Shown piece by piece: positions 27,063 to 43,200 of a stretch of 64,000 nt of DNA. Below the pieces are notes generated by a model. The model ran no database searches, was not told the origin of the DNA, and saw nothing but the letters and a program-made list of their open reading frames with translations. The DNA lies in NCBI RefSeq assembly GCF_009914755.1, contig NC_060940.1; one strand, written 5' to 3'. How positions within the stretch are numbered: the first letter of the stretch is position 1; each line of letters begins with the position of its first letter. The translations under genes were made by a program, and so were the position numbers. Source of the stretch: the human T2T-CHM13v2.0 reference genome, Homo sapiens.

Positions 27063-28279
27063 AGTGATGGAGTAAATGAGTCAATGAATGAATACAAGGA
27101 CAGAAAGTGACTCATGAAAAGGTTCTGTGCAAGTTGAGCCCCAGAATTCCATCCAATCTCAGAACCTCTTAGATTCCTCTATCCATGGCAGGAGGCAGAG
27201 AAAAGAGCAAAGCCTTCCAATGAGACTCAGTGGCTGGAAAGAGGACTGCAGGAGCTAGGAGCTCACCAATGGTTCCACGTGTTCAACTAAACCTGGGCCT
27301 CTTGCAAACTCTCTTCCCCAGGGCCTGGCCCCAACTAAGTGGGAGAGGAAACATGTCAGTGTGGTCAGCTGGTCCCTCTGCCCCGGATCCCTGCTGCCTG
27401 TCTCTTGCCCTAGCAACACCTGGCCCAACTGGGAGCATTACTCCAAATCCCCACTATGCCCCCATGTGACGCACAACGCTGGGAAGTGTAATTGCTGTAG
27501 TGATTACTTACAGCCATTACATTAAGTTTTAAAATGTTCCCTTCAAATTGAACAATGTTTTTTCAAAGTCAACAGCTGGTTCACAGCTTGAATGCAACCG
27601 TTAGGATAAATTAAATAAAAAGGGTAATAAAATCACAGCCTAAATTTAATTTCTGAAGAGTGCATAGGCTCCAAAAAAAATAAGCATTTAAAAATGCCTT
27701 TGAAATATAGCCAGAAAAGCAGAAGTTAATTCACTCCCTGATTATGTCAGCTAATGGACACACTGGCACAATTAACTACATAATTGCAGTAGTATAGACA
27801 AAGTCCTGAGCTCATGCCCGGGTTCTGCTGTACAGGCCTCGGACCATGGGAAGGACTTACCAGATAGGTGGCTCGTATATGCAGATGTCCCTACAAATAG
27901 GCTCAGAAAAGAGCTCCCATCTCTAGAAGCAAAATAACACCAAAGATGATATCCACAGCCTCCATCCCAGCACATCTTCTGGTTGCCTGGAGCTACCTGG
28001 AGCCATCTCCCGGACAGGAAGGCAGGGCGGCAAGGGCTTCGTTGCACTGTGTTTGCAAACTTCAGCTACTGAATCCTTTTCACTCAAAGGCAACTTACTT
28101 TAGTGATCATCAAAAAAGACCCATCCAGCATTTCTCCCAGGCAACCCTACCTTCCAAGCTTAGGAGTCTGGCAGGACTTGAATCCCACAGCTGTCATTTA
28201 TTTGCCATGTCACTTTGGACAAGTGATCAGCTCATTTCTCTGCGCCTCAGTCCCCTCCTTTGTAGAAAGGAAACTCATT

Positions 28280-28760
28280 TGTTCTTTCATACATTCAAGA
28301 TATATTCAATATATATGTACTGAGCATCTACTCTGAACTAGGCCCTGGCACAGGTAGCCAGGAGATAGCAGCGAAGGCAGAGATCCCTGCCAGAAGGGGA
28401 GAAGAGGTGTAGATCCAAGTAGCGGAGATCAACAATGAGCAAGACCAGGAAGTACTGTGTATAGAATGGGAGAAGATAATGCTTGCTTGGGGAAAATAAA
28501 GTAGGGAAAGAGAATAAGGAGGGAGGGAAGGAGTGTTGTAATTTTAAATAAGGCGTTTGGGGAAAGCCTCACAGAGAAGGGGAGGTTGGAATAATGGCCT
28601 GATGAAGTAGGGAAGGAAGCCAGCCACGTGGATATCTGGGTGCAGAGTTCAGGCAAAGGAAAAGTGCAAAGGCCCTGAGGCAGGAGTGCACCAAGAGTAG
28701 TCCAGGAACAGCAAGGAAGCCGGGGCGCCAGAAGCACAGAGACTGGTAGGAAGTGAAGTC
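28280..28760 (-). mobile_element. L2a 3' fragment
   Basis: TGAGCATCTACTCTG..AGTGCAAAGGCCCTGAGGCAGGAG. Confidence 0.75.
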
Positions 28761-28763
28761 TGA

Positions 28764-29082
<319 letters not shown>

Positions 29083-29813
29083 CTAACAGGAGAATAAGAA
29101 TAAGATCTAATTCGAAGGGATAATCATGCATCCACTCAACTAGTATTCACTAAGTGCTTAATCCATGTCAGAGAGTTGCTGTGAGGATTAAATCAGATAA
29201 AGCGAAAGCACAGGCAGCTCCCAGCATACAGTAAGTGCTCAATACATGTCACCTATTAGAAGAGGACGCCCCTGCACTCTGGGCAGGTGGCAGCATAGAC
29301 ACTGCTCAGGAGAACCTGGGTCCTGGCCCTGCTTTCTTTCCCGGGGTAAGGGTGCAGCCTCACTGCTAGGGAACCTGGTTCCAAAGCCATTAGTGGTCAA
29401 AGTTAGTGCCCAGGTTGCTAGGGAAGTTCCTCCACTGTCAGGTTCAAGCATGTAAGGTTTAGGCCACAGCAAGAGCTCTGCTGCTCTCTCGGCTCTGGAA
29501 GGGCCATAGCTACAAGGAAAAGGATACAGAAAGCTGACAACCAGGGAGGGAGTCAGGGGAAGTTCATGGCAAATAAACGGACTTTGCTCCTGCTCTGGGG
29601 AACCACGCTTGTGCAGCCTTGGCTAAGGAATGGGTCACTTATCAGGGTGTGCATGCATGTGTGTATGTGTGCAGGCGTGTGTGTATGTGTGTAAGTGCGT
29701 GTGCACGCTCGTGCATGTAGGCACGTGGTCTCCTGTCTCTAAATCTGTAGCCCACCTGCAATGCTACAATTATCTACTCTTAACGCTCCTTGTTCCCACT
29801 CAGCCTGGGCACA

Positions 29814-29846
29814 CGCAATACCCTGGTCGGCCACAAGGGGGCTCTC
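29814..29846 (+). promoter_or_regulatory. Candidate CTCF site with upstream module
   Basis: CGCAATACCC-N5-GGCCACAAGGGGGCTC resembles CTCF upstream motif plus core. Confidence 0.6.
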
Positions 29847-29935
29847 AGCGTTCCCCTTCCCCCTCCCTCCACCCATTAACGCACTGGGCCGCGGTTTGTG
29901 GTGGTGGTACACAAAGGGTTAAAAGCGCCACCTTA

Positions 29936-30033
29936 GAGGCAGGAGGGTCGCTTGAGGCCAGGACTTCCAGACCAGCCTGGCCAACACAGCAAGTCCCCCA
30001 TCGCTCCAAAAAAAAATTAAAAATTAGCCGGGC
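29936..30033 (+). mobile_element. Alu left-arm fragment
   Basis: GAGGCAGGAGGGTCGCTTGAGGCCAGGA..AAAATTAGCCGGGC. Confidence 0.85.
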
Positions 30034-30054
30034 AAACCATTCAAACCATCTCTG

Positions 30055-30201
30055 ATGGGCCAAAACTCGGTGATTGGCACAAGAACCGGTTACAGTCTCT
30101 TTACACCTCCGTTTAGGTTACAGTTCACCATGTACGGAGAACCCTTTAGGCCAAACTTAAAATACGTAAGGAGGCAGCTTTAGGCTAAACTTGATTTAAC
30201 A
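30055..30201 (-). mobile_element. MER57-like LTR 5' fragment
   Basis: Minus strand TGTTAAATCAAGTTTAGCCTAAAGCTGCCTCCTTAC. Confidence 0.7.
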
Positions 30202-30428
30202 CGTATGAAGGCATGCACAGGAAAAGACCTGGAAATGATGCTCAAAGGGGTTAATAGTGATAGACTCTGGACAGAAGGAAAGGAAGCTATTATTTTCTTA
30301 GTTATGTGTTATCCACATTTTCTAATTTTTCTAAACATGTAAAGATAAAATTATATTCTTAAAAATAAATAAGACCTCAGAACAACAAAAAGGAATTAAA
30401 TAAAGTATAAAATAGAATATAATCAATA

Positions 30429-30569
30429 CGCTGGGTGCGATGGCTCACGCCTGTAATCCCAGCACTTTGGGAGGCTGAGGCAGGTGGATCACTTGAGGCC
30501 AAGAGTTTGAGACTAGCCTGGGCAACATGGCAAAACCCCATCTCTACAAAGAAAAAGAATAGAATCAAC

Positions 30570-30602
<33 letters not shown>

Positions 30603-30604
30603 GC
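30429..30604 (+). mobile_element. FLAM/Alu left monomer followed by (CA)n
   Basis: Monomer to ~30560, (CA) repeat 30570-30604. Confidence 0.9.
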
Positions 30605-30614
30605 AGATTGTCAG

Positions 30615-31207
<593 letters not shown>

Positions 31208-31289
31208 ATAAAAAACAATATTTAAAATAATTCAAGTATCCATGTATGGGAGACTGGCTACCTGAACCTTGGTATATCTATACAATGGG

Positions 31290-31500
31290 AGGTGTGCAAT
31301 AAACGTTTAACAACCAGCTGTCTGAGTGGGAAGCCCTGAGGTAGACAGTTTGCCCATTTCTGTTGTGCAAATACTACCACTGTGGCCTATTTCAAGCCAC
31401 CTATGTGAAATCAATTGGTTCACAAAATCGCTGAAGGTTTAGCAATCAGTTCTTCGGAGCCAGCACACCATCAGCCAGCTGGTGCCAGCACACCCCACTC
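31290..31500. mobile_element. MER63-like hAT element
   Basis: GGTGTGCAATAAACGTTTAACAACCAGCT..CCAGCACACC. Confidence 0.6.
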
Positions 31501-31604
31501 TACAGCCATAAATAACATAAACAACAGTGAGGAAGCTGTCTCTGCACTGATATGGAAAGATCTTCACAATACAGTACACTGTAAAGTGGGGGGAAGAAAG
31601 CAGA

Positions 31605-32520
<916 letters not shown>

Positions 32521-32582
32521 CAGCTTATAGAAGAGTATGTAGGGTTTGCTACCTGTTGTGTAATTAAGGAGGGGGAACATAA

Positions 32583-32585
<3 letters not shown>

Positions 32586-32620
<35 letters not shown>
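32586..32620. repeat. (CA)n microsatellite
   Basis: About 17 perfect CA units. Confidence 0.95.
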
Positions 32621-32622
<2 letters not shown>

Positions 32623-32665
32623 TTGCTTGTATTTGAATAAAAACAAAACAAAACAAAAACTGGAA

Positions 32666-32976
32666 GGCCAGGTGCAGTGGCTCATGCCTGTAATCCTAGG
32701 ACTTTGGGAGGCTGAGGTGGGTGTATCACCTGAGGTCAAGAGTTCGAGACCAGCCTGGCCAACATGGTGAAACCTCGTCTCCACTAAAATTACAAAAATT
32801 AGCCGGCTGTGGTGGCGGGCGCCTGTAATCCCAGCTACTCAGAAAGCTAAGGCAGGGGAATCACCTGAACCCAGGAGGCAGAGGTTGCAGTGAGCCAAGA
32901 TCACACCATTGCATTCAGGGCTGAACAACGAGCAAAAACTCTGTCAAAAAATAAAACAAAACAAAACAAAAAAAAC
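32666..32976 (+). mobile_element. AluS
   Basis: Full dimer; ACTGGAA on both flanks. Confidence 0.95.
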
Positions 32977-33287
32977 ACTGGAAGAAGATACAGCAAAGTA
33001 CTAAATGTGACCATCTACGAGCAGAAGGAGAACACAATGGACAGAGAGATGACATAGATTAGTGCTTTTTGGAAATATCTTTTTATGTTATTTTGATTTT
33101 CGAGCGATGTAAATATAGCACAGCATCTATTCCAAAAATCAAATTAGGAAAGAAAACACATAAAATGCAATCCAGTGACCTTGACATTCTTATTGGAGCC
33201 ACAGGCAGGAACTGCTCTAGAACTCCTGAGGTGCAAGCCGTCCCATTTCTTTACATTTCTGAATCAAGTCATTCCTCCATTAGTTAG

Positions 33288-33642
33288 TGTATTCGTCTGT
33301 TCTCATGCTGTTGATAAAGACATACCCAAGACTGAGTAATGTATAAAGAAAAAGAGATTTAATGGACTCACAGTTTCACATAGTTAGGGAGGCCTCACAA
33401 TCATGGCAGAAGGCAAAAGGCACTTCTTCCACGGCAGCAGACAAGACAGAATGAGAGCCAAGCAAAAGAGCCAAGCAAAACCATCAGATCTCATGAGACT
33501 TATTCACCACTACGAGAGCGGTAGCGGGGGATCCACCCCCATAATTCAATTACCTCCCACCAGTCCGTCCCATGACACATGGGAATTATGGAAGCTACAA
33601 TTCAAGATGAGATTTGGGTGGGGACACAGCCAAACCGTATCA
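33288..33642 (-). mobile_element. THE1 solo LTR
   Basis: TGTATT..CCGTATCA; perfect TSD GTTAG; internal tandem AGAGCCAAGCAAA. Confidence 0.93.
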
Positions 33643-33799
33643 GTTAGCCTAGACAATGAGTTCAACAATGGTCAATTTCCAGAGTCCTCCTCTCTCTGTG
33701 GATCTTACAAGCATCTCAGGATTTGGTTCAAATTAAAAAGGATTCAGTCTTCAGTTTGTGTGGTCACCATCCTCACAGTCTCTGTTGAGGCCAAAGGGC

Positions 33800-34010
33800 A
33801 CAGGGCCAAGAATAGACATTATAGCTTACTGCCTAAATTCAAACGCTGGCTCTGCCGTTCACCGGCTGAGTGACCTTGGGCAAGTCGCTGAACTTCTCTG
33901 TGCTCCCAGTTTCCTCATTTGTAAAATGGGGGTAATAGCATAACAAGACCTATGAGTTAGTGTATTTAAGACAGTGAGACTAGGGCCTGGCGCTTAGTGA
34001 GTGATTATCA
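33800..34010 (+). mobile_element. MIR
   Basis: GTGACCTTGGGCAAGTCGCTGAACTTCTCTGTGCTCCCAGTTTCCTCATTTGTAAAATGGGG. Confidence 0.88.
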
Positions 34011-35097
34011 TATTTGCTACAGATATTGTCACCCTGATTGATGCACAATACCTCTCTTAAAAATCACCCTTTGAGATGGATGATATACGCCCCTCAAAGG
34101 TCCTCTCCACTGGCACAACCCTGTTTCAGGCACCGTGAACAATATTCCCAAGGCTTCAGGACTGAAAGTTCAGCTTGCACAGCCCTCACAGAGCCACTCC
34201 CACCTGAGACCTGCCACCTTGAAGGGCCCTTTGCAACAAAGCCCATCCACATCCCCATTCCCTCTGCCTCTGCTTCCCAGACAAGCCAGCTAATTCTCCT
34301 GCACCTTGTAGCCGCAAACACCCAGTGTTCTTATCACCCACATCAGAGTCTCCTAAAGTGTCCATTAAAAATGCAGAGTCCTGGGTCCACCTCAACTTCT
34401 AGGGGGCAGGAGCCCAGCCAGTTCCTTGGGTTATTAATATGCATACTGGGATTTAAAAACCACTGAGTTTGGAGCAGGGTCCTAGGGAAATGGAAGGAAA
34501 GATTTCTCTCGTTTCTTTCTGATAAACCAAAAGCAGTGAGAAAAAAAGGGGGGGGAAGACCAATTAATTTTCAATAATTCAGTTTCCCGCAATAACTTTG
34601 AATCAGTTTAAATGTCATTAAAGTAAATTGTTCCTCAACATGTATTAAGCTACTTTAATATCAAATGATGATGACCACCCTCACCACTAATTGCAGCCCC
34701 CACCACAAATTTGGGAGGCCAGTACTACGGTGTGAGCTTTTTAACCTTCAGAAACTTTCTTGCCCACTCAACCTTGTCGAGAATCCTAAAACAGTGCATC
34801 TCATTTTATGCAAATTTGCATTGTGTGACTTAGATACGAGGCAATTTAAAAATATTAATAAAGACATGCCGTATGCTCCAATTTTGAAATAATGCACGTC
34901 TTGCTTTACATGCATCCCTCTGGGAAATTTAGTCTTAAATAATGCATAGCTTCAGGAATGAATCCCTTGCATAAATCTGATAAAAGCTGATCTATTCAAT
35001 GGAGAGAGGTGGAAGGGGCACCAGCTAACCATGTCTTCCCCCTCCCTCTGCTGCCCTGGAATCTTCTGCAGGAATCTATGGCCTCAGTAAGAATTGG

Positions 35098-35725
<628 letters not shown>

Positions 35726-35899
35726 TAGTTTTTTAGGTAAGATTTCTTGAACTGGTCACTCTGCTAAGACCTGTACATCTATTTTCTCTATACAAATCTG
35801 TTAGGTGCCTACTGTTAGGTACTCACACTGGAATGTGAATATGTCATGGTAAGATGAACAGGATCCTCCCCTCATGGGGCTTACACACTGATCTAGTTG

Positions 35900-36040
35900 C
35901 CCCAACAACCTGAGAATATAGTATGATTACTGTTCCTATTTCAACATGAGGAAACTGAGGCTCAGGCTGAGATTACACAACCAGTAAGTTGTGCAGAAGC
36001 CAGATACGAACCTAGGAAGTCTGATTCCAAAGCTTAACAA
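35900..36040 (-). mobile_element. MIR
   Basis: ATGAGGAAACTGAGGCTCAG core. Confidence 0.7.
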
Positions 36041-36322
36041 TGGCTCCATATACTGGCTGACCAGAAGGATGTTTGGGAATCCCAGATCCTGGACGAGTAT
36101 CGTCCCCTCTCCTTGAAGCATCCCTCTGTGCAGCTCTGCAAATGTGATCCCATTTCTGGTAATGCACTGGGAGAGGACAGCAATGCTCACATCTCATTGG
36201 TCAGATCTGTGTCACATGACCACCATCCCTGCAAGGGAGCTTGGGAAGGTACTTGCTGAGTACCCATTTGACTGTCTTCCACGACTCTGCAAAAACAAAC
36301 AAACAAACAAACAAAAACATAT

Positions 36323-37010
<688 letters not shown>

Positions 37011-37369
37011 AAATTTAAATTTAAAAATCAAAAATTACAAAATTAATATTGGAAGGAAGAAATGAATATTGGGTAGGTAATTTCAAGTGTCTGCCACAGA
37101 AAGAATGCTGGAGGAGGAGTCTTGAAGAATGAGTGGGAAGAAGTTGAACAAGAGTGTGGGAAAAGCCAAAGGGTCAGCACAGTTAAAATTCCAGGAATAG
37201 AAGGTGTGTGTTGACTTTGGAGACTCAGAGAAGAAAGTGGAGTGACTGAGAGCTGCAGGCAGACATCAGGATGGAAGCCAAGGCTCCTGGGCACCTGCCA
37301 GGAGGAAACATCACCAGACCCTCCCATTCCCAGCAGGCAGGTCCCCAGATAGGTAAGAGGGAAGGGTCA

Positions 37370-38080
<711 letters not shown>

Positions 38081-38667
38081 TATGGATGAGCCACCCCCAC
38101 ACTGATGTGTTGAGCTCCCCATGGGTTAAGCCTCTTATTCAAAAGGGCATGGCATTTCTTCCTCAGAGTAGCCTGTATTCTATGAAACATTATGTTTCAC
38201 TTTGTTTCTACAAAACTGACCCAAAGATTTTCTTGTTCTTCTTGCTTTGAATTCTGCAGCTATTTACAGCTCTGTACGCTACTGTGGATAAAGCAAAATG
38301 GCAAGTTGCACTGGGATCCTGGTGTTTGAGGAGAGTGGAGCATCCCTGCTGCATGCCTGGGAAACAGCAGATGTTGAGTAAATGATCATCACACCTGGGG
38401 TGGGCTCCCGGGCCTACTTGCCTTGTTCTCAGTAGTGACTTGGATTTCCCTGCTTTTAAAAGAATCTTTGGCCTCAAGAGTCCTATTTTTCCACCATCAG
38501 TATTTAGGAGATTACCCAAAGGGTACCTGCATGTACTCACAAAGTGAAAAGTGAGCCCCCTGGGATCAGCTGCTACCTCACCAGGTACCCCCCATCACCC
38601 CATACCTCCCGACATCACTGCTGTGTGGTGCTCTGCAGCAGGGAAGGGAAGTAGGGGAGGAAAACCA

Positions 38668-38954
38668 TTTGTTTGTTTGTTTGTTTTTCTTTTTTAGAGA
38701 TAGAGTCTTCCCACTGCAATCATAGCCCACTGCAGCCTTGAACTCCTGGGCTCACTTGATCCTCCTGCCTCAGCCTCCCTGAGTAGCAAGGACTACAGGC
38801 GTGTGACACCACACCTAACTAATTTTTTTATGTTTTTAGAGACAGGGTCTCTCTGTGTTGCCCAGGCTGATCCTGAACTCCTGGCCTCACATGATCCTCC
38901 CACCTCAGCCTCCTGCATAACTGGGATTTGAGGTATGAGCCACTGCACCCAGCC
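38668..38954 (-). mobile_element. AluJ with internal deletion
   Basis: Antisense dimer lacking part of right arm. Confidence 0.9.
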
Positions 38955-39497
38955 AGATTTTTTAAAATGTACTATGTCACAGTGGCCTCATATCAGAGCC
39001 ACTTGGGCCCCATGTGTTCCAGTGTTTGCTGAAACTGCTCTTTCTGTCTTTAATTTCAGCTCTCTCCAACCCTGGAATGAGACAGCCTCCCACAGGGTGG
39101 AGCTGCCAGAAAGAGCTGAGTAGCCTCTTTGGCTTTAACTATAGAAATTTTCTTGATTATGGTAGACCCTTGGGGATATCTGTTCCAGCTCAGGATCAAT
39201 TCTCCTTCCCTGGAAACTGCCAATGGGAGGGACCTTATCAGAAATATTTGCACTGTGTAATTCTACTCCCTGGACACAGTGATTAGACCAGGCATGGCCA
39301 ACTGACCCAAATTGAGCCAACCAGATTTATTTCTCATAAGAATTTAGTGCTGAGGCCAAGATAAACGGGGCTAATTTCTGTAATGGTTGAAGCTTGTAGC
39401 CTTGGGGGCTGTGAAATATGGCCTCCATATGAACAGAAAATCTGAGAAAGTGTATCTGTGTGGATGGACAGAGAGAAACAGAGATGAGATGTAGAAA

Positions 39498-39630
39498 GCC
39501 AGACACAGTGGCATGCACCCGTAGTCACAGCTACTCAGGAGGCTGAAGCAAAAAGATTCCTTGAGCCCAAGAATTCAAGACCAGACTGGGCAACATAGCA
39601 AAAGCTGTCCCTCAAAAAAGAAAAAGAAAT
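39498..39630 (+). mobile_element. FLAM monomer
   Basis: Single monomer with A tail; lies directly after the donor of the 40920-41026 copy. Confidence 0.85.
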
Positions 39631-40160
39631 CTTGTGCTTCTTTTTTAAATTTATTTTCAACCTAAGAAAGATGAATGAAGAAACAGCAACAACCACAACC
39701 CCAAAAAAAGAGAGAGAAATGGCATGCTGATACCTTTCCACTTCCCAGCTCCAGGCCTTTCTTAAGACTTAGGGATATTCCTGCCTTAACTTTCGTGAGA
39801 CACCTCCATATCCTAGTCAGAGTCGTTGGTTGCCAGCAACAGACTCCACTATGGCGGCTTTAGGTCACAAAGGCATTCATCAAAGGACATTCATCAAGTC
39901 TCCAGAAGAACCAGAGAATCAAGCTTGGACCCCACAAAGCCAGAAGTCCCCAAATTACACTGCAAGAATACTGCAACCAGGCCCCTACAGCTATCCTGCC
40001 CACTGCTAGTGCCAGGCCCCTCCTCACACTGTTCCTGAGAACTGGGTCCTGTACTCCTGCTGCAAGGAAAGCTACAAAGCAGCACTCCTGACTTCTGACA
40101 TGGAGAGGCAGAGCTCCTAAATAAAGAGACTTCTCATAGCTATTCAAAAGAAACCACACT

Positions 40161-40310
40161 GGCCAGAAGCAGCAATGCATGCCTATAGTCCCAGCTACTC
40201 GGGCAGCTGAGGCAGGAGGATCGCTAGAGCCCAGGAGTTCAAGTCTAGCCTGGGCAACATAGCAAGATCCCATTTCAAAAAAAAAAAGGAAGAAAGAAAA
40301 AAAGAAACAA
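40161..40310 (+). mobile_element. FLAM monomer
   Basis: Single monomer with A tail. Confidence 0.88.
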
Positions 40311-40434
40311 CATAACCACATTGCATTACAAATGTCTGCAACATCATTGTGGTAACTTCTGGCTGCAACAGAGTCTTATGATAAAACTCTGTGCCCCAGC
40401 TCTGATCACTGGAACAAGCTGGATAGGTCCATTT

Positions 40435-40592
40435 TCTTGCCAGGGTGAGACCAAGGAGGTGCCCAGAATGGAAAATTTAAGGAGGCCCTCACTCTCAGGC
40501 TCGTGAAAGTGCAGGGTCAGCTCCTGAGAGTGGGGTCTCCTTAAATGTTGTGCCCTGAATGCCTCACTTGCCTTATCCTCCTCCAGGCCCTG
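40435..40592. mobile_element. MER91-like palindromic hAT MITE
   Basis: ATTTAAGGAGGCCCTCACTCTCAGG..CCTGAGAGTGGGGTCTCCTTAAAT inverted repeat. Confidence 0.75.
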
Positions 40593-40767
40593 CTTCTTGC
40601 TGCTCCTAAAGGCCTTTGCTTTCTGGATATTTCTCAGTCCTCCTGCAAACGCAGATGGTAGGCCCACACCTACTAGTGTTCTGGGGATATCCCAACATGC
40701 CCATGTCCACTTAGAATCCACTGGAATTTCTGACACATTTGTTTGATGCACTAATTAGTTAATAATG

Positions 40768-41205
<438 letters not shown>

Positions 41206-41209
41206 TAAC

Positions 41210-41400
41210 AATGTTAACAGAAAACACTTCTTGCACACTTACCTTGTGCCAAGCACGCAGGTGTTTCATCAACACCACAGCTCTAGGCAGTATTCACTAC
41301 CATTATCTCTGTTTTCCACCTTCTGAGGCACAGACAGGTGAAGGGGCTTGCCAAGATCACACAGCAAGGAACAGAACCAGGATTTGGACCCAAATCTCCC
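41210..41400 (-). mobile_element. MIR
   Basis: CTGAGGCACAGACAGGTGAAGGGGCTTGCCAAGATCACACAGC. Confidence 0.75.
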
Positions 41401-42387
41401 CACTGCCCCTATGAAGCCCCTTCAAGGAAAGCAGCTGCCTGTCTTTGAAAGCCAAGGAAACAGTGGAAATGACAAGTGTTAACCCACTCGTGGCATGTTA
41501 GAATGACTGTGGAGCTATTGAATCCTCGGCCCTTAAATCCGCTAATTACAGTTACAATCAATGGCATTAGTGTAAGGGCTCATTCTATTACCAAGACGGT
41601 GACGCCGGAGCCCACCAAGCCCACCCACTCCACCAACCACAGGCTCTTGAAATGAGCTGAAATCTGCTTGCTTCTGACCGGTCATCTGGGGCCAGATTCA
41701 AGCCTCCAGGCTCAGCCTCTCTTTCCTCTCTGTGGCCTGGCCGGGAGGACAGGTTGTTTTCTTCAGAATCGCCACCCAGACCCAAAAGACAACGGGTTTC
41801 CAGAGGCCCCGCACAGCCTTGGCGATGGGAAGCAGATTTTTGCCATTTTCTTCTTTTAGCCAAGGGACATTTAATTAAGGCTCACAAAACCCGCCTAACA
41901 TATGATCATAATTATATCAGCATATTGGGGCTGGGAAGCTTTAAAGCCCAGTTACAAGTTGGTCAAAGACAGGCATGCAGAGGCCTGGAGAGGGATGGGA
42001 GAGAGGGGAAAATGTACTCTCTGGTGACACCAAACCAAAACCAGTAAGGGAACGGTGGGTGGGATTTGCCTGTGGGATAAGGGAAGGGGAAAGGCAAAAG
42101 CTGGGCTCTGGGGCGTGTTTTGATATTGGAGAAACTCACACGTTTTACAGGATGCACTTCTGCTCAAAGCAACTGTTTAGGCAGGGAATGGTGGTGAATA
42201 AGGCATGAATGAGAGAGCCCAGTAATCGCTGATGATAGCAATGACGGAAAACACAAATCACAGTTCCTTTCATCAGCATGTTTTCATCTTTGGCATTTAA
42301 CACTAGCCTAAAGCCCAGGAGAGACTCAGAAAGTGTTCGTGACTTGTGCAGGGTTGTATTGGTGCTGGTGAAAATATTGGTGATGGC

Positions 42388-42730
42388 GGCCAGGAACCAT
42401 GGCACACACCTGTAATCCCAGCACTTTGGGAGGCCGAGGCGGGGAGCATCGCTTGAGGCCAGGAATTCGAGACCAGCCTGGGCAACATAGAGAGACCCCA
42501 TCTCTACAAAAAAAAGTTTTTTAATTAGCTGGGGGAGTGTATATTCGGGGCAACTTGAATGTATGCTCCCAGGTTACAAAAATTAAAAAAAAATAAAAAT
42601 TAGCCATGCATGGTCATCACACATGCCTGTTGCCTGGGTGTTTGAGGTTCTAGTAAGCTATGATCGTGCCACTGCACTCCAGCCTGGGCGACAGAGCAAG
42701 AACCTCTACCTTAAAAAAAGATAAAAAAGA
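42388..42730 (+). mobile_element. AluJ with hairpin insert in linker and partly deleted right arm
   Basis: Left arm, non-Alu 42533-42577, A-rich run, shortened right arm. Confidence 0.88.
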
Positions 42731-42739
42731 TAGTTGGGG

Positions 42740-43200
42740 GGACAACAGTGATGGCAAGCACAGTGGAATGATCGTGACAGGGCTGGGGGTGGTGAATGAA
42801 GTCGATCACTGAATGGCGGTGTGAATGGTGATGTGAACAGGCTCATAGAGTCGGGTGGTGATGCTGACAGTGCAGGTGGAGATAGTGGCAGCAGAGAGGC
42901 AGTCATGGCAGGGGGATGGAAGGGTTGATGATGCTGATAGCGGTGGTGATGAGGGTGTCAGGAAGACGGTAGACATGGTGACATTGACAGTTTGGTGATG
43001 GCTCAGTGGTGGTGGTAGTGCCCAGGGTGATGGTTATTGTCATGGTCATAATAAAGGACGGTGGGCTGGTGATGGGCTGGTGGTGACATAATATGAAGAG
43101 GACAGTGGTGCATAGCGGCCCATGCTGAATGAGGATGGTGATAATAGGGTGGTGGTGATAGGGATGGTGACAATGGTAGGGGAAGAAAGATGAAGGAGGA
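42740..43200. repeat. Highly degenerate (GGT/GAT)n low-complexity tract
   Basis: Recurrent GGTGGTGATG/GATGGTGA trimers. Confidence 0.7.

Noticed and set aside
29780-30030. CpG island or gene promoter
   Set aside because: Only a short patch of CpGs; better explained by a CTCF-like site and an Alu fragment
33403-33873. 156-aa ORF
   Set aside because: Starts in an antisense THE1 LTR and ends in a MIR; no recognisable domain
40460-40550. Novel hairpin or miRNA precursor
   Set aside because: Palindrome is consistent with a MER91-like MITE
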